Shown piece by piece: positions 28,189 to 39,435 of a stretch of DNA of 64,000 nt. Numbering within the stretch: the stretch's first letter is position 1; every line of letters begins with the position of its first letter. The position numbers were made by a program, and so were the translations under genes. The stretch covers positions 192,001 through 256,000 of the forward strand of contig JASFQK010000001.1 of assembly GCA_050115495.1 (NCBI GenBank). Direction: 5' to 3'. The notes below the pieces were generated by a model. It ran no database searches. It was not told where the DNA came from and was given only the letters and a program-made list of their open reading frames with translations. Origin of the DNA: Phycisphaerae bacterium. GTDB lineage: Bacteria; Planctomycetota; Phycisphaerae; UBA1845; Fen-1342.

Positions 28189-28192
28189 GGGG

Positions 28193-28546
28193 TCAATCCT
28201 TCTTGAGCACGACCTTGCGCTTGTTGTTCGTCAGTTCGAGCCGGCCGAACTTGAGCAGGGCGTTGTAGGCTCGCCGGCCGCCGGCGTCGGGACGCAGCGT
28301 CAGCTTGAACCCGCTGAAGCTGTAGCGGCCGGACTCCTCGGTGGTCTTGCCGTCGGTGGTCACGGTGGCGGTGAAGGTGCCGTCGCGGTTGAACGTGGCA
28401 TCGTCGACGCAGAAGGCCTCGCGATTGGGCACGACCTCGACAGCTCGCCAGTGTCCGGCGATCGCCCCGCCGCAGCCGCTCATGGCGACGAGCAGCACCG
28501 CAACAACAAGTACGGCCGCCGGCATCGGCCTGATTCCTGATCGCAT
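28193..28546 (-). CDS. Small hypothetical lipoprotein (lipocalin-like beta fold possible)
   Basis: Lipobox AMSG-C; IAGHW...FNRDGTF. Confidence 0.7.
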   Translation of the reverse strand: MRSGIRPMPAAVLVVAVLLVAMSGCGGAIAGHWRAVEVVPNREAFCVDDATFNRDGTFTATVTTDGKTTEESGRYSFSGFKLTLRPDAGGRRAYNALLKFGRLELTNNKRKVVLKKD

Positions 28547-28602
28547 CGCTCTTCTCTCCGTGGCGGGTGACGAGGCCCATTATACGGGCCGGGCGGCCGG
28601 CG

Positions 28603-30258
28603 TCACGATTCGTCCGCCGCCACGTGAGCCAGCGTACGGGCGATCCGCGCCAGCGTTCGCTCCCGCCCGAGGATAGCCAGCGTGTCGAAGATCGGCGGAC
28701 TGATCGTCGAGCCCGTCACCGCGATGCGCAGCGGCTGAGCGACCTTGCCCAGGCCGAGGCCGTGCTGGTCGGCGTAGCCGCGGATGAGCGCTTCGAGCGG
28801 CGCCGGTTGCCAGTCGGGCAGCTCGGCCAGCGACGTCCGCATCGTTTGCAGAACCTGGATCCCCTGCCGCTCGCCCTTGAGCAGCCACTTCTTCACCGCG
28901 TCGGCGTCGTAGGTGACGTCCTCATCCGGGCGGAACAGGATGGCGCTCTTGAACTCGATGTCGCGGAACGTGCGCACGCCGGGGTTGATCTGAATCAGCC
29001 GCACGAGCGTCTCGTCGTCGAGGGTGGCCAGCGGGCCGGGTCCGTTGACCTGGATGTAATCGCGCAGGCCGGCGAGACGGCGCTCGTCGGACTCGGCAGC
29101 CATCGCGGTCGTGTTGAAGCTCAGCAGCTTGTCGCGGTCGAAGCGGGCGTTAGTCTTGCCGATGCGGTCGACGGTGAACAAGTCGCACATCTCGTCGAGT
29201 GTCATCTTCTCGCGGTCGCCGCCGGGCGACCAACCGAGCAGGCCGATGAAGTTGACGATCACCTCGGGCAGGTAGCCGCTGACGCGGAAGTCGTGGATCT
29301 GGATCTCGGGCAGAACGACGTCCAGGGTGCGGGCCAGCGCCTGGAGCCCCTCATCGTCGAGCGGGGCCTGACCGTCGCGCCAGGCCTTGAACGTGTCGGC
29401 ATCGGCGCGGGCGATCGAGCGGGCCCGCTCTTCGTCGAGCCGTCCGGCTGCCAGCGCCGCGGGCAGTGCGGCCCGCACCGCCTTGTCCTTCTCCCGCTTG
29501 CTCATCTTCGAGCCGTCCATGTTGAAGATGATGGGCAGGTGGGCATAGACCGGGCAGCGATAGCCGAGCGCCTCCTGAAGGCCCAGGTGGTTCGGCGTGT
29601 TCATCAGGTGCTCCTGACCGCGGAGCACGTGCGTGATACCCATGGCCTCGTCGTCGACCACCACGGCGAAGTGGTACGTCGGCCAGCCGTCGGCCTTGAC
29701 GATCACGAAATCGTCGAGCTCTTCGGCGGCGATGCGCACGTCGCCGAGGATGACGTCCGGAACGACGAAGTCGCGGTCTTTTTTCTTGAAGCGGATGACG
29801 ACGGGGCGGCCTTCGGCCCGGGCCCGATCGGCCTCGGCCTCACTGGGGAAGCGCTCCGGTCGCGGATAGCGGAACGTGCGCTTCTGTTTCTGCGCCTCGC
29901 GCCGCATGGCGTCGAGCTCTTCGCGCGTCTCGAAGGCGTAATAGGCCCGGCCGGCGTCGAGTAGCTGTCGGGCGATGGCGCCGTAGCGGTCGAGCCGCTG
30001 GCTCTGGTGGTACGGTCCAAGATCGCCGCCCACCTCGGGCCCCTCGTCCCAGTGCAGGCCGAGCCAACGCAGGTCGTCCAGCAGCCGTCGGTCTGCTTCG
30101 GCGATGTTGCGGGTCTGGTCGGTATCCTCGATGCGCAGGACGAACCGGCCGCCCAGCCGGCGGGCCAGCAGGTAGTTGAATAGGGCCGTGCGGGCCCCGC
30201 CGATGTGCAGGTAGCCGGTCGGGGACGGGGCAAAACGGGTGCGGACGATATCGCTCAT
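28603..30258 (-). CDS. gltX: Glutamate--tRNA ligase
   Basis: RFAPSPTGYLHIGGART, LRIEDTD, ITHVLRGQEH, KMSKR, C-terminal PLRIAVTG. Confidence 0.96.
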   Translation of the reverse strand: MSDIVRTRFAPSPTGYLHIGGARTALFNYLLARRLGGRFVLRIEDTDQTRNIAEADRRLLDDLRWLGLHWDEGPEVGGDLGPYHQSQRLDRYGAIARQLLDAGRAYYAFETREELDAMRREAQKQKRTFRYPRPERFPSEAEADRARAEGRPVVIRFKKKDRDFVVPDVILGDVRIAAEELDDFVIVKADGWPTYHFAVVVDDEAMGITHVLRGQEHLMNTPNHLGLQEALGYRCPVYAHLPIIFNMDGSKMSKREKDKAVRAALPAALAAGRLDEERARSIARADADTFKAWRDGQAPLDDEGLQALARTLDVVLPEIQIHDFRVSGYLPEVIVNFIGLLGWSPGGDREKMTLDEMCDLFTVDRIGKTNARFDRDKLLSFNTTAMAAESDERRLAGLRDYIQVNGPGPLATLDDETLVRLIQINPGVRTFRDIEFKSAILFRPDEDVTYDADAVKKWLLKGERQGIQVLQTMRTSLAELPDWQPAPLEALIRGYADQHGLGLGKVAQPLRIAVTGSTISPPIFDTLAILGRERTLARIARTLAHVAADES

Positions 30259-30297
30259 GGGGGTCTCGCCAATGCTCGTGAAAGCCGTCCCGGCAGG

Positions 30298-31563
30298 CTA
30301 CTCGACCCGGGCCTCGCGAGCAACGTGGATTCGCAGGCGGGTGATCTTGCGCGGTTCGGCGGCGAGCACGGCGAAGTGCACGTTGTCGTGATTGAACTCC
30401 TCGCCGGCAGTGGGGATCTTGCCGAGCGTGGAGAAAACGAACCCGCCGATGGTGTCGTAGTCCTCTTCTTCAGGGAGGTTGATGTCGAGGGCTTCGTTGA
30501 TCTCGTCAACGTGGACGCGGCCGTCGACCTCGAGCGTGTCCGGATCGACTTGGTCGATGGCCGGGGCGGGCTGCTGGTCGTATTCGTCGTCGATCTCGCC
30601 GACCAGCTCCTCGAGGATGTCCTCGATGGTGACTAGGCCGGCCGTGCCGCCGTACTCGTCCAGGACGATGGCGACCTGGACCTTGGTCTCGCGGAAGTCG
30701 TCGAGCAGGTCGGCGATGGACTTGGTCTCGGGCACGTACGGGGCGACGCGCATCACCTGGCGGGCGTCGAACTTGTCGCCGGCGTTGAGCCGGAGCAGGT
30801 CCTTCGCGTACAGCACGCCGATGATGTGGTCGACGGTCTCCTCGTAGACGGGGATACGCGAGTGCCCGCCGGAGAGGATGACGTTGCGGACCACGTCGAA
30901 GGTGGCCTCGGCCTGGACGGCGTCGAGGTCGGTGCGCGGGGTCATGATTTCGCTGACGGCGGTGTCGTCAAGCCGGAAGACGGACTCGATGATCTCGACC
31001 TGGTCCTCGTCGACGGCGCCGGCGGCTTCGCCCTCCTGGACGACTTCGAGGATCTCCTGCTCCAGCCGCTCGTTCTCGTCGTCCTCGGTCGGCTCAGCCT
31101 TGCCGAGCAGCCGGCGGGTGATGAATTCGAGTCCGCCGAGCGACCAGGCGATCGGCCACAGCACCGTGCGCAAGCCGATGAGCACGTGCAGACTGGCCGA
31201 GACGACACTGTCGGCGACGTGCAGCGCGAGGGCGTGTGGAATGCCAACCGCCAGCGGCAGAAGCAATACGAGGGCGATGAGGGGCGGGATCAATAGAAAT
31301 CCCGTCCCCTGGCTGGCCGGGTTGTCCTGCAGATACCAGGCGTAAACGCAGATGACGACGCCGGTTATGGCCGCGACCCGCACGAAGCCGGTGAGCCCCT
31401 GGAGTTGAGACTCGTGCTCTTCGAGCCAGTCGAGCCAGCGCCGCGAGCCATTCCGGTTCAACCGTTCAGACAGCCGCGAGCGCGAGTAGTCGCGTAGGGC
31501 GTACGCCAGAGTGGACATATACAGGGTCAGCCCGAGCAGGAGCAGACCCACTGCGTATATCAA
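30298..31563 (-). CDS. HlyC/CorC (CNNM-CBS) family membrane protein
   Basis: N-terminal TM; VSEIMTPRTD, HSRIPVY, VLDEYGGTAGLVTIEDILEELVGEI; CorC domain YDTIGGF. Confidence 0.93.
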   Translation of the reverse strand: MIYAVGLLLLGLTLYMSTLAYALRDYSRSRLSERLNRNGSRRWLDWLEEHESQLQGLTGFVRVAAITGVVICVYAWYLQDNPASQGTGFLLIPPLIALVLLLPLAVGIPHALALHVADSVVSASLHVLIGLRTVLWPIAWSLGGLEFITRRLLGKAEPTEDDENERLEQEILEVVQEGEAAGAVDEDQVEIIESVFRLDDTAVSEIMTPRTDLDAVQAEATFDVVRNVILSGGHSRIPVYEETVDHIIGVLYAKDLLRLNAGDKFDARQVMRVAPYVPETKSIADLLDDFRETKVQVAIVLDEYGGTAGLVTIEDILEELVGEIDDEYDQQPAPAIDQVDPDTLEVDGRVHVDEINEALDINLPEEEDYDTIGGFVFSTLGKIPTAGEEFNHDNVHFAVLAAEPRKITRLRIHVAREARVE

Positions 31564-31667
31564 CCCCTCTCTCCGACACGGCGTGAAGGGCGTGGCCTAC
31601 CGCGCAAGCCAAGGCGTCCTTCGTCAGTTATGAGTAACTATATCGGTTAGCGGGCGTGACCCGCAAC

Positions 31668-32918
31668 CTATGTTTGATCGATGGGTTCGCTGTTGGGGGA
31701 ATTGCCGAGGCAACGGGCCAGGGCGTCGCGAAGGCCGAGGTTATCGGCGGTAGCGGCGTGTTCGAGCAGGCCGCGCTGTCGGACCGTGAACGCTCCTGGT
31801 TGCTCCAATCGCCCCTCATCACGCCCCAGGCCGGCGAGAAGGGCGGTGGCGAGGTCGTCCAAGCCGGTACCCTGAAGAGCCGACACGGCTGTGACACGCT
31901 CACGCCAGGCGGGCGGAAGTGTCGCAACGGCGACGTTGTCCACTCCGCCAAGGTCGGCTTTGTTGAGGACAACACAGGTCGGAACAAGGCCGGCGAGATC
32001 GGCAAGAAATGCGCGGGTCTCGGATGCGGCCAGCTCCGTACCGTCCAGGACGACGACCACGGACCGAGCCTGATCGAGAAGGTCGCGCGTTCGGCGGGCG
32101 GCTTCGGCCTCGATGCCGGCGGCGCCGGGACGCAGGCCCGCCGTGTCCACCCAGACGACCGGGAAGCCGCGCACCTGACCCGGCACATCCAGCCAGTCGC
32201 GCGTCGTGCCCGGGCGGGCGGAGACGAGGCTCACCGCCTGATCGGCCAGAGCGTTGGCCAGTGTCGACTTGCCGGCGTTGGGCGGCCCGACCAGGACGAC
32301 CGGCGTTGGCTGCGAGAACCACTCGGCCACCTCGAAGCCGGCCGCCAACTCGCGGCAGGTTTGCTGCCGGCGGTCGAGCGGTCCGGGCGCCTGCAAAGCC
32401 CGGAGCGCCGCGCGCAGGCGGGGGACCTGCTGCAACAGCCAGTGTGCCCCGCGCAACGTCACCATGCGCGGCAGCAGGGCGTGCGCTTCCTGGTCGAGCA
32501 GGTCGAAGCCGGGCCAGAGCGGCTCAGTCGCGGCAGGCGCTTCCTCGACGCCGACGGCGCGGAGCATCTCGCGGCAGCGACTGATCACCCACGGGCTGCC
32601 ATGTGTGTGCAGACGAACGTCCCAGTCCGGCGGCGCGACGTGCACTGTCACGAGGACATCGTCGATATGCCGGCCGTCATCGTCGAGCAGTTCGGCGGGC
32701 ACGATCGGGCCGACGGTCCAGGGCGAGCCGCCGGCGGCGCGGGCCCGTACGTAACGGTCGAGGAACCACCCGGCGCCCGGTCCGCGCACGCGGAGGACGG
32801 CGACCGCCGACGGTCCGGGGCTGGTGAGCAGGGTGAAGCTGCTGTCGCCGGTGGCTGGGCTGGAAGGGCTGTCGGCGGGCACGGCGATCCTGCCGGGCGG
32901 GCGCGGGGCTTCGGTCAT
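31668..32918 (-). CDS. MnmE/TrmE-like GTPase, divergent
   Basis: TrmE_N-like LTSPGPSAVAVLRV...HTHGS; GPPNAGKST, PGTTRD, DTAG, NKAD; ATGA overlap with coaX. Confidence 0.8.
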   Translation of the reverse strand: MTEAPRPPGRIAVPADSPSSPATGDSSFTLLTSPGPSAVAVLRVRGPGAGWFLDRYVRARAAGGSPWTVGPIVPAELLDDDGRHIDDVLVTVHVAPPDWDVRLHTHGSPWVISRCREMLRAVGVEEAPAATEPLWPGFDLLDQEAHALLPRMVTLRGAHWLLQQVPRLRAALRALQAPGPLDRRQQTCRELAAGFEVAEWFSQPTPVVLVGPPNAGKSTLANALADQAVSLVSARPGTTRDWLDVPGQVRGFPVVWVDTAGLRPGAAGIEAEAARRTRDLLDQARSVVVVLDGTELAASETRAFLADLAGLVPTCVVLNKADLGGVDNVAVATLPPAWRERVTAVSALQGTGLDDLATALLAGLGRDEGRLEQPGAFTVRQRGLLEHAATADNLGLRDALARCLGNSPNSEPIDQT

Positions 32919-33697
32919 TCTGCTGCGGCGACGGCGTGCTGATAGGTCAGGGCGATGCCGAGCAGGCACAGGTCGGGGATGACGGCGTCGATGAAATCAG
33001 CCAGTCCGCTGACCAGCAGCGCGTTGCCGCCGGTGACGACGAGCCGCGGCCATTCGCGCAGCTCCGTGGCGAAGCGCTCGACGACTTCGCGCAGGGCGCC
33101 AGCGGCGGCGTAGCAGACGCCGTTGACGATGGCGTCGTGCGTATTGCGAGCGAAGGGGCCGTTGGGCGCCGCGGGCGTGACGCGCGGCAACTGGGCCGTG
33201 TGGTCGTAGAGGGCCTCGCAGGACATGTCGAGGCCGGGGAGGATGACGCCGCCGAGGAAGCTCCCGTCGGCGGAGACGCAGTCGATGGTCGTGGCCGTGC
33301 CGAACGACGCGACGGCACAGGTGCCGCGCGTGCGGTCCCAGGCGGCGGCGGCGCAGCAGACGCGGTCGACACCGACTTCGAGCGGATTGTCGATCTCCAG
33401 GGGCAGCGGCAGCGGCAGGTCATCGCGCACGCGGAAGGCGGCGAGCCCGCAGCGCTCCTCGACGAGGGTGGCGAAGCGGCCGGTCGTTTCCGGCGCGACG
33501 CTGCCGAGGACGGCTTGCGTAGGGGTGCGGCCAGCCGCCTGGCAGATGGCGTCGAGCGCCACCGGCCACGTGTTCGGCTGGGCGGTCGGCACGCGCTGCA
33601 CGTGGTGCAGCCCTTCGGCGTCCCATACGGCCAGGCCGATGCGCGAGTTACCAATATCGATGACCAGCAGCGAGTCGGCTGGCTGCGCTCGTTTCAT
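32915..33697 (-). CDS. coaX: Type III pantothenate kinase
   Basis: IDIGNSRI, GVDR, FGTATTID, GGVILPG, VVTGG. Confidence 0.95.
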   Translation of the reverse strand: MKRAQPADSLLVIDIGNSRIGLAVWDAEGLHHVQRVPTAQPNTWPVALDAICQAAGRTPTQAVLGSVAPETTGRFATLVEERCGLAAFRVRDDLPLPLPLEIDNPLEVGVDRVCCAAAAWDRTRGTCAVASFGTATTIDCVSADGSFLGGVILPGLDMSCEALYDHTAQLPRVTPAAPNGPFARNTHDAIVNGVCYAAAGALREVVERFATELREWPRLVVTGGNALLVSGLADFIDAVIPDLCLLGIALTYQHAVAAAE

Positions 33698-34854
33698 TCC
33701 TGCGGGTCCTCTTCGTCAGGCGGCGGTGCGTCCGGCGCCGGCGCCGACTCGTCCATTGTATCTTCGGCGGGTACATTGTCGCCAAGCGCCGGGCCGAGGT
33801 CGACCAGCGGCGGCTCGATGCTCCGCTCGTGCTGGCGGACTTCCTGCACGAGCGTCCACGTGGCCTCGGTCAATTCGCGCAGGCCATGTCCACTTACGCC
33901 GGAGATGCCGAACACGGGCACGTCGAGCTGCTCGCGCAACTTGGCGAGGGCGTCTTCGGCGCCGGTGAGGTCGAGCTTGGTGCCGACGACCAGCTCGTCG
34001 CGGGCGCCGAGCGCGGGGCTGTGCTTTTCGAGCTCCTGGCGGATGACGGCGTACGCCTCGGCGGGGGACGGGCTGCCTTCAGGAGGGCACAGATCGACGA
34101 GGTGGAGAATGACGCGCGTGCGCTCGACGTGGCGCAGGAATGCGTCGCCGAGCCCGGCGCCTTCGTGTGCCCCCTGGATCAGACCGGGAATGTCGGCGAA
34201 GACGAGTCGGCGAAAGCCGGGCAACTCGGCGATGCCCAGTTGCGGTTCGAGCGTCGTGAACGGATAGGCGGCGATCTTCGGCCGCGCGCGGGTCAGACGC
34301 GACAGCAGCGTGCTCTTGCCGGCGTTGGGCAGGCCGACGAGGCCGACGTCGGCGATGAGCCGCAGTTCGAGGCGGAGCGTGCGTTCGTGACCGGCGCGGC
34401 CGGGCGTGGTTTCGCGCGGCGTCTGGTGCGTCGCCGAGACGAAGCGCAGGTTCCCATAACCACCGCTGCCACCCATGGCCACGCGCACCCGCTGGCCGTC
34501 GTCGACGAGGTCCTTGAGCAGCCGGCCGGACTCGGCGTCGTAGACGAGCGTGCCGGTCGGGACGGCGACTTCGAGGTCCTTGCCGCAACGGCCGGTGCAG
34601 TTGGCGCCGGAGCCGGGCCGGCCGTTCTCGGCCCGGTAATGATGGCGTCCGGCGAGATCCAGCAGCGTATCGATGCCGGCGTGGGCGACGAGATAGACCG
34701 ATCCGCCGCGGCCGCCATCGGCTCCGTCGGGTCCGCCCTTGGGGACGTACTTTTCCCGGCGGAAGCTGAGGCAGCCATCGCCACCTCTTCCGCCGCGGAC
34801 GTGGATGACGACTTCGTCCACGAAGAGTCGGGTTGTACCGGTCGCACGCGCCAT
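33694..34854 (-). CDS. obgE: GTPase ObgE/CgtA (exact start uncertain, 34854-34869)
   Basis: FVDEV...GGRGGDGCLSFRREKYVPKGGPDG; ADVGLVGLPNAGKSTLL; YPFTTL; ADIPGLI. Confidence 0.96.
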   Translation of the reverse strand: MARATGTTRLFVDEVVIHVRGGRGGDGCLSFRREKYVPKGGPDGADGGRGGSVYLVAHAGIDTLLDLAGRHHYRAENGRPGSGANCTGRCGKDLEVAVPTGTLVYDAESGRLLKDLVDDGQRVRVAMGGSGGYGNLRFVSATHQTPRETTPGRAGHERTLRLELRLIADVGLVGLPNAGKSTLLSRLTRARPKIAAYPFTTLEPQLGIAELPGFRRLVFADIPGLIQGAHEGAGLGDAFLRHVERTRVILHLVDLCPPEGSPSPAEAYAVIRQELEKHSPALGARDELVVGTKLDLTGAEDALAKLREQLDVPVFGISGVSGHGLRELTEATWTLVQEVRQHERSIEPPLVDLGPALGDNVPAEDTMDESAPAPDAPPPDEEDPQE

Positions 34855-34988
34855 GGGCATGGAGTGCAACGCGGGCGCGGGCGAATGTCAAGGGACGCGA
34901 TTCGCGCGCGGCGGAAGCCGGCGGTGGGCGTTCGACGGACCCGGCGGAGGCACGGCTGGCGGCTGCTCCAGGGAGATCTCGCTCGCAA

Positions 34989-35813
34989 TCAGGGCGATTG
35001 TTCTTCGCGCTGGAGTCCGGTTTCGAGTATCAGGATTTCGATGCCGTCACGATCTCGGTAAACGATGTAACGTTCGTCGGCGGACCAGCAGGGTATCAGG
35101 TTGCTGTCGTGCGCTGTCGTCCAAGGCAGCACGATTGGCTGGCCCACGGCGCTGGCGTCTGTGCGCATGAATAGCTCCTGATAGTGCGTTCCTCTCGCGC
35201 CCCTGCCGCCCCCAAACATGAGCATCCCATCACCGCCTCGATCAAACGGGCCGTCCGCCGAGACGACAGCCACATACCCCCGCGAGGGCGAGGCGACTAC
35301 CGCCATAACATACTTGCCTTTCGTCGGAGCGAGGTGACCTTCGTGCCGGAGACTGGTGTCGCCGTACGAGAACTGAAACGGCTCGATTGGCGCTGCATAT
35401 TGGGCGAGACAGTCGCATACCTTGCTATCGGCCTCATCCCAGACCGCGCTGTCGACCGGGCTTAGTGCGAAGGCACCCGGTGTGTACAAGTAGACCGGGC
35501 CTGCGCACGCTGGTCGCGAAGCGGTGTCTTCAGGAGAGAAACGGGCGACTGCCTGGCCGGTCGTCATGCGCCACAGCAGCAGGTTCCCGCCAGTGTCGTC
35601 TCCGGCGCGGATCAGCAGGTCGTCACGTTGGCGCCAACCGGGTGTACGCAAGGGGACAATGAAGCTGGGGGTACGATCGGGTTCCGCGGGTTGGTCGATG
35701 GCCATCGTGCACGATGCAAGGTATAGCAGCAACGAAGGTCCGAACAGCACAGCCGACACGGCCGTCGCCGCCAGCAGAATCAGGGCCGTAATCCATGTTC
35801 GACGTTTCGGCAT
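34989..35813 (-). CDS. Hypothetical membrane-anchored protein
   Basis: N-terminal hydrophobic segment; C-terminal WSADERYIVY resembles a WD40/PD40-like blade; more A/T-ending codons than neighbours. Confidence 0.55.
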   Translation of the reverse strand: MPKRRTWITALILLAATAVSAVLFGPSLLLYLASCTMAIDQPAEPDRTPSFIVPLRTPGWRQRDDLLIRAGDDTGGNLLLWRMTTGQAVARFSPEDTASRPACAGPVYLYTPGAFALSPVDSAVWDEADSKVCDCLAQYAAPIEPFQFSYGDTSLRHEGHLAPTKGKYVMAVVASPSRGYVAVVSADGPFDRGGDGMLMFGGGRGARGTHYQELFMRTDASAVGQPIVLPWTTAHDSNLIPCWSADERYIVYRDRDGIEILILETGLQREEQSP

Positions 35814-36273
35814 GCGCACGACGTCAACTCGCGATGCTCAGGGCTGTTATGTGTCGGCCGGGCCAGCGCTGATGGTGCATAACCGCGAGCATGGTTATCC
35901 GACGTTGGCGTGGCATCGGCCTCTCCCCGTTTTCTCTAAGGTCGCCGCTGCACTGAACGAGTGTCTTACGCGCCCGACACAACATGCGATTACCCCACGG
36001 ACGAGACACTGCGCGGTCCCCATGCGGAGGAACAAGGCAAACGCCCGATCTCGTTTCTCCTGCCCGTATCATAATGCTCGCTGTGCCGCGGGGGAATGGG
36101 GCGGACGCGGCGACCCGCGGGGCCGGTCCGCAGGGCCGGCGTCGGGCGTGCTTTATCCGCGCAGCGCGTTGCTTCCGAGACCGTTTTCCGTTGGAATGGT
36201 GGACGCCGGGCGACCGGGTGGCCGGCGAACGCGAAACGGCGGTGCGGAGAGAAGCTGCCCTGAGGGAATGGGA

Positions 36274-37638
<1,365 letters not shown>

Positions 37639-37755
37639 GCCGCCGAGCGACACGCCAGACGCACGGTGCCGCAAGGGCACCTGGGGTCCGATGCGTTTGT
37701 TGGCGATGTAAGAGGAGTGTGCCCAGGGCGCGCCCGGATCGGTTGCCGGTGTACG

Positions 37756-37831
37756 GTAGCGGTCGATCTCCGTGTCGGTCGCCGGTCCGGAGAGAACCAA
37801 GACACTGGTGGGCGAGCCACCAGTGGCACCC
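37756..37831 (+). repeat. 76-bp composite REP element (GTAG hairpin, 21-nt spacer, CACTGGTGG hairpin)
   Basis: Matches 51564-51639 at 22/26 in the left arm and 28/29 in the right arm; degenerate extra right arm at 37843-37871. Confidence 0.85.
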
Positions 37832-37907
37832 GGCGAAAACGACACCGGTGGCCGGGCCATCGGTGACACTCGGCGCAGGTCACGCGCCGGTGATTGAAGG
37901 AGTGAGT

Positions 37908-39407
37908 ATGTCCGGCGAGAAATACGCCTCGTTTGCACAACGCATCCGCGAGTACCACGCCATCTGCTCAGCGCAGGGCGTGCTGGAATGGGACCAGATG
38001 ACCATGATGCCTGCGCAGGGCGCCCCCTGGCGGGCGGAGCAGATCGCGGCCATCGCCGGTCTGGCCCACGAGAAGCTGACCGATCCGGCGTTGGGCGAGG
38101 AGCTGGCGACCCTGACAAACGAGGCGGAGGCGGGCGGGCCGGAAGCGGCGACGAACGTGCGGGAGATGCGGCGTTTGTACGAGCGGGCGGTGCGCTTGCC
38201 GAAGCCGCTCGTGCAGGAGCTGGCCCGGACGACCTCGGTGGCGACGGACGTGTGGCAGGCGGCGCGGGCCGACGCGGACTTCCCGCGATTTGCGCCGCAC
38301 CTGGAGCGTCTGCTCGAGCTGAAGCGCGAGGTGGCGGAACGGATCGGTTGGAAAACCGAGATGTACGACGCGCTGATGGACGAGTTCGAGCCCGGAGCCC
38401 GGGCCGCCGACGTGCAGCGCCTGTTCGACGCCCTGCGCGACGAGCTCGTGCCGCTGGCGGCGGCGCTGGCCGAAGCCCCGCGGCAGCCGAAGCTCAGCCT
38501 GCTGAAGCGGACCGCGCCGGTGGCCGGTCAGGCGGCGTTCAACCGCGTCGTGGCCGAGGCGATGGGTTTCGACTTCGCCGCCGGCCGGATGGACATCTCG
38601 ACGCACCCCTTCTGCACGGGCTTCTGGCCGCGTGACGTGCGCATCACCACGCGCTACGACGAGCAGGCCGTGGGCCAGTCGCTGTTCGGCGTGATGCACG
38701 AGACGGGGCACGCCCTGTACGAGCAGGGGCTGAATCCCGAGCACGCCGGCACACCCATGGGCCAGCACGTCTCGCTCGGCATCCACGAGTCGCAGTCGCG
38801 GCTGTGGGAAAACCAGGTCGGTCGCTCGCGCGCCTTCTGGCAGCATTGGTTCCCCCGGTTCCAGCACCAGTTTCCGGCGTTCGCCGACGTGGCCGTGGAC
38901 GACTGGTACTTCGCGATCAACGCCGTGCGGCCGTCGCTGATCCGCGTGGAAGCGGACGAGGTCACCTACGGGCTGCACATCATGCTGCGCTTCGACCTCG
39001 AGCGGCAGATGCTGGACGGCCGGCTGGCGGTGAAGGACCTGCCAGAGGCGTGGAGTGAGGGGATCCGGAAGCTTCTGTCGGTCACGCCCAATGATGACGC
39101 CGAGGGCTGCCTCCAGGACATTCATTGGAGCCTGGGCACGTTCGGCTACTTCCCGACGTACCAGCTCGGCAACCTGTACGCGGCCCAGTTCTTCGCCGCG
39201 GCGCGGCGGGCTCTGCCCGACCTGGACCAGCAGTTGGCGCGTGGGGAGTTGTTGTCGTTGCGGGAGTGGTTGCAGGAGAACATCCACCGGCACGGGCAGC
39301 GTTATCGGGCGGGCGAACTGGTCGAACGGGTGACGGGTCAGCCGCTGTCACACGGCCCGTTCATGGCGTATCTGAAGGCGAAGCTTTGCCCGCTGTACGG
39401 GCTGTAG
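37908..39407 (+). CDS. Carboxypeptidase Taq (M32) metallopeptidase
   Basis: LEWDQ, HPF, DVRITTRY, HETGHALYEQG, HESQSRLWEN, IRVEADE, GCLQDIHW, GYFPTY. Confidence 0.95.
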   Translation: MSGEKYASFAQRIREYHAICSAQGVLEWDQMTMMPAQGAPWRAEQIAAIAGLAHEKLTDPALGEELATLTNEAEAGGPEAATNVREMRRLYERAVRLPKPLVQELARTTSVATDVWQAARADADFPRFAPHLERLLELKREVAERIGWKTEMYDALMDEFEPGARAADVQRLFDALRDELVPLAAALAEAPRQPKLSLLKRTAPVAGQAAFNRVVAEAMGFDFAAGRMDISTHPFCTGFWPRDVRITTRYDEQAVGQSLFGVMHETGHALYEQGLNPEHAGTPMGQHVSLGIHESQSRLWENQVGRSRAFWQHWFPRFQHQFPAFADVAVDDWYFAINAVRPSLIRVEADEVTYGLHIMLRFDLERQMLDGRLAVKDLPEAWSEGIRKLLSVTPNDDAEGCLQDIHWSLGTFGYFPTYQLGNLYAAQFFAAARRALPDLDQQLARGELLSLREWLQENIHRHGQRYRAGELVERVTGQPLSHGPFMAYLKAKLCPLYGL

Positions 39408-39435
39408 CCTGGCCGGCGGTCGGTCGGGGTGCGCC

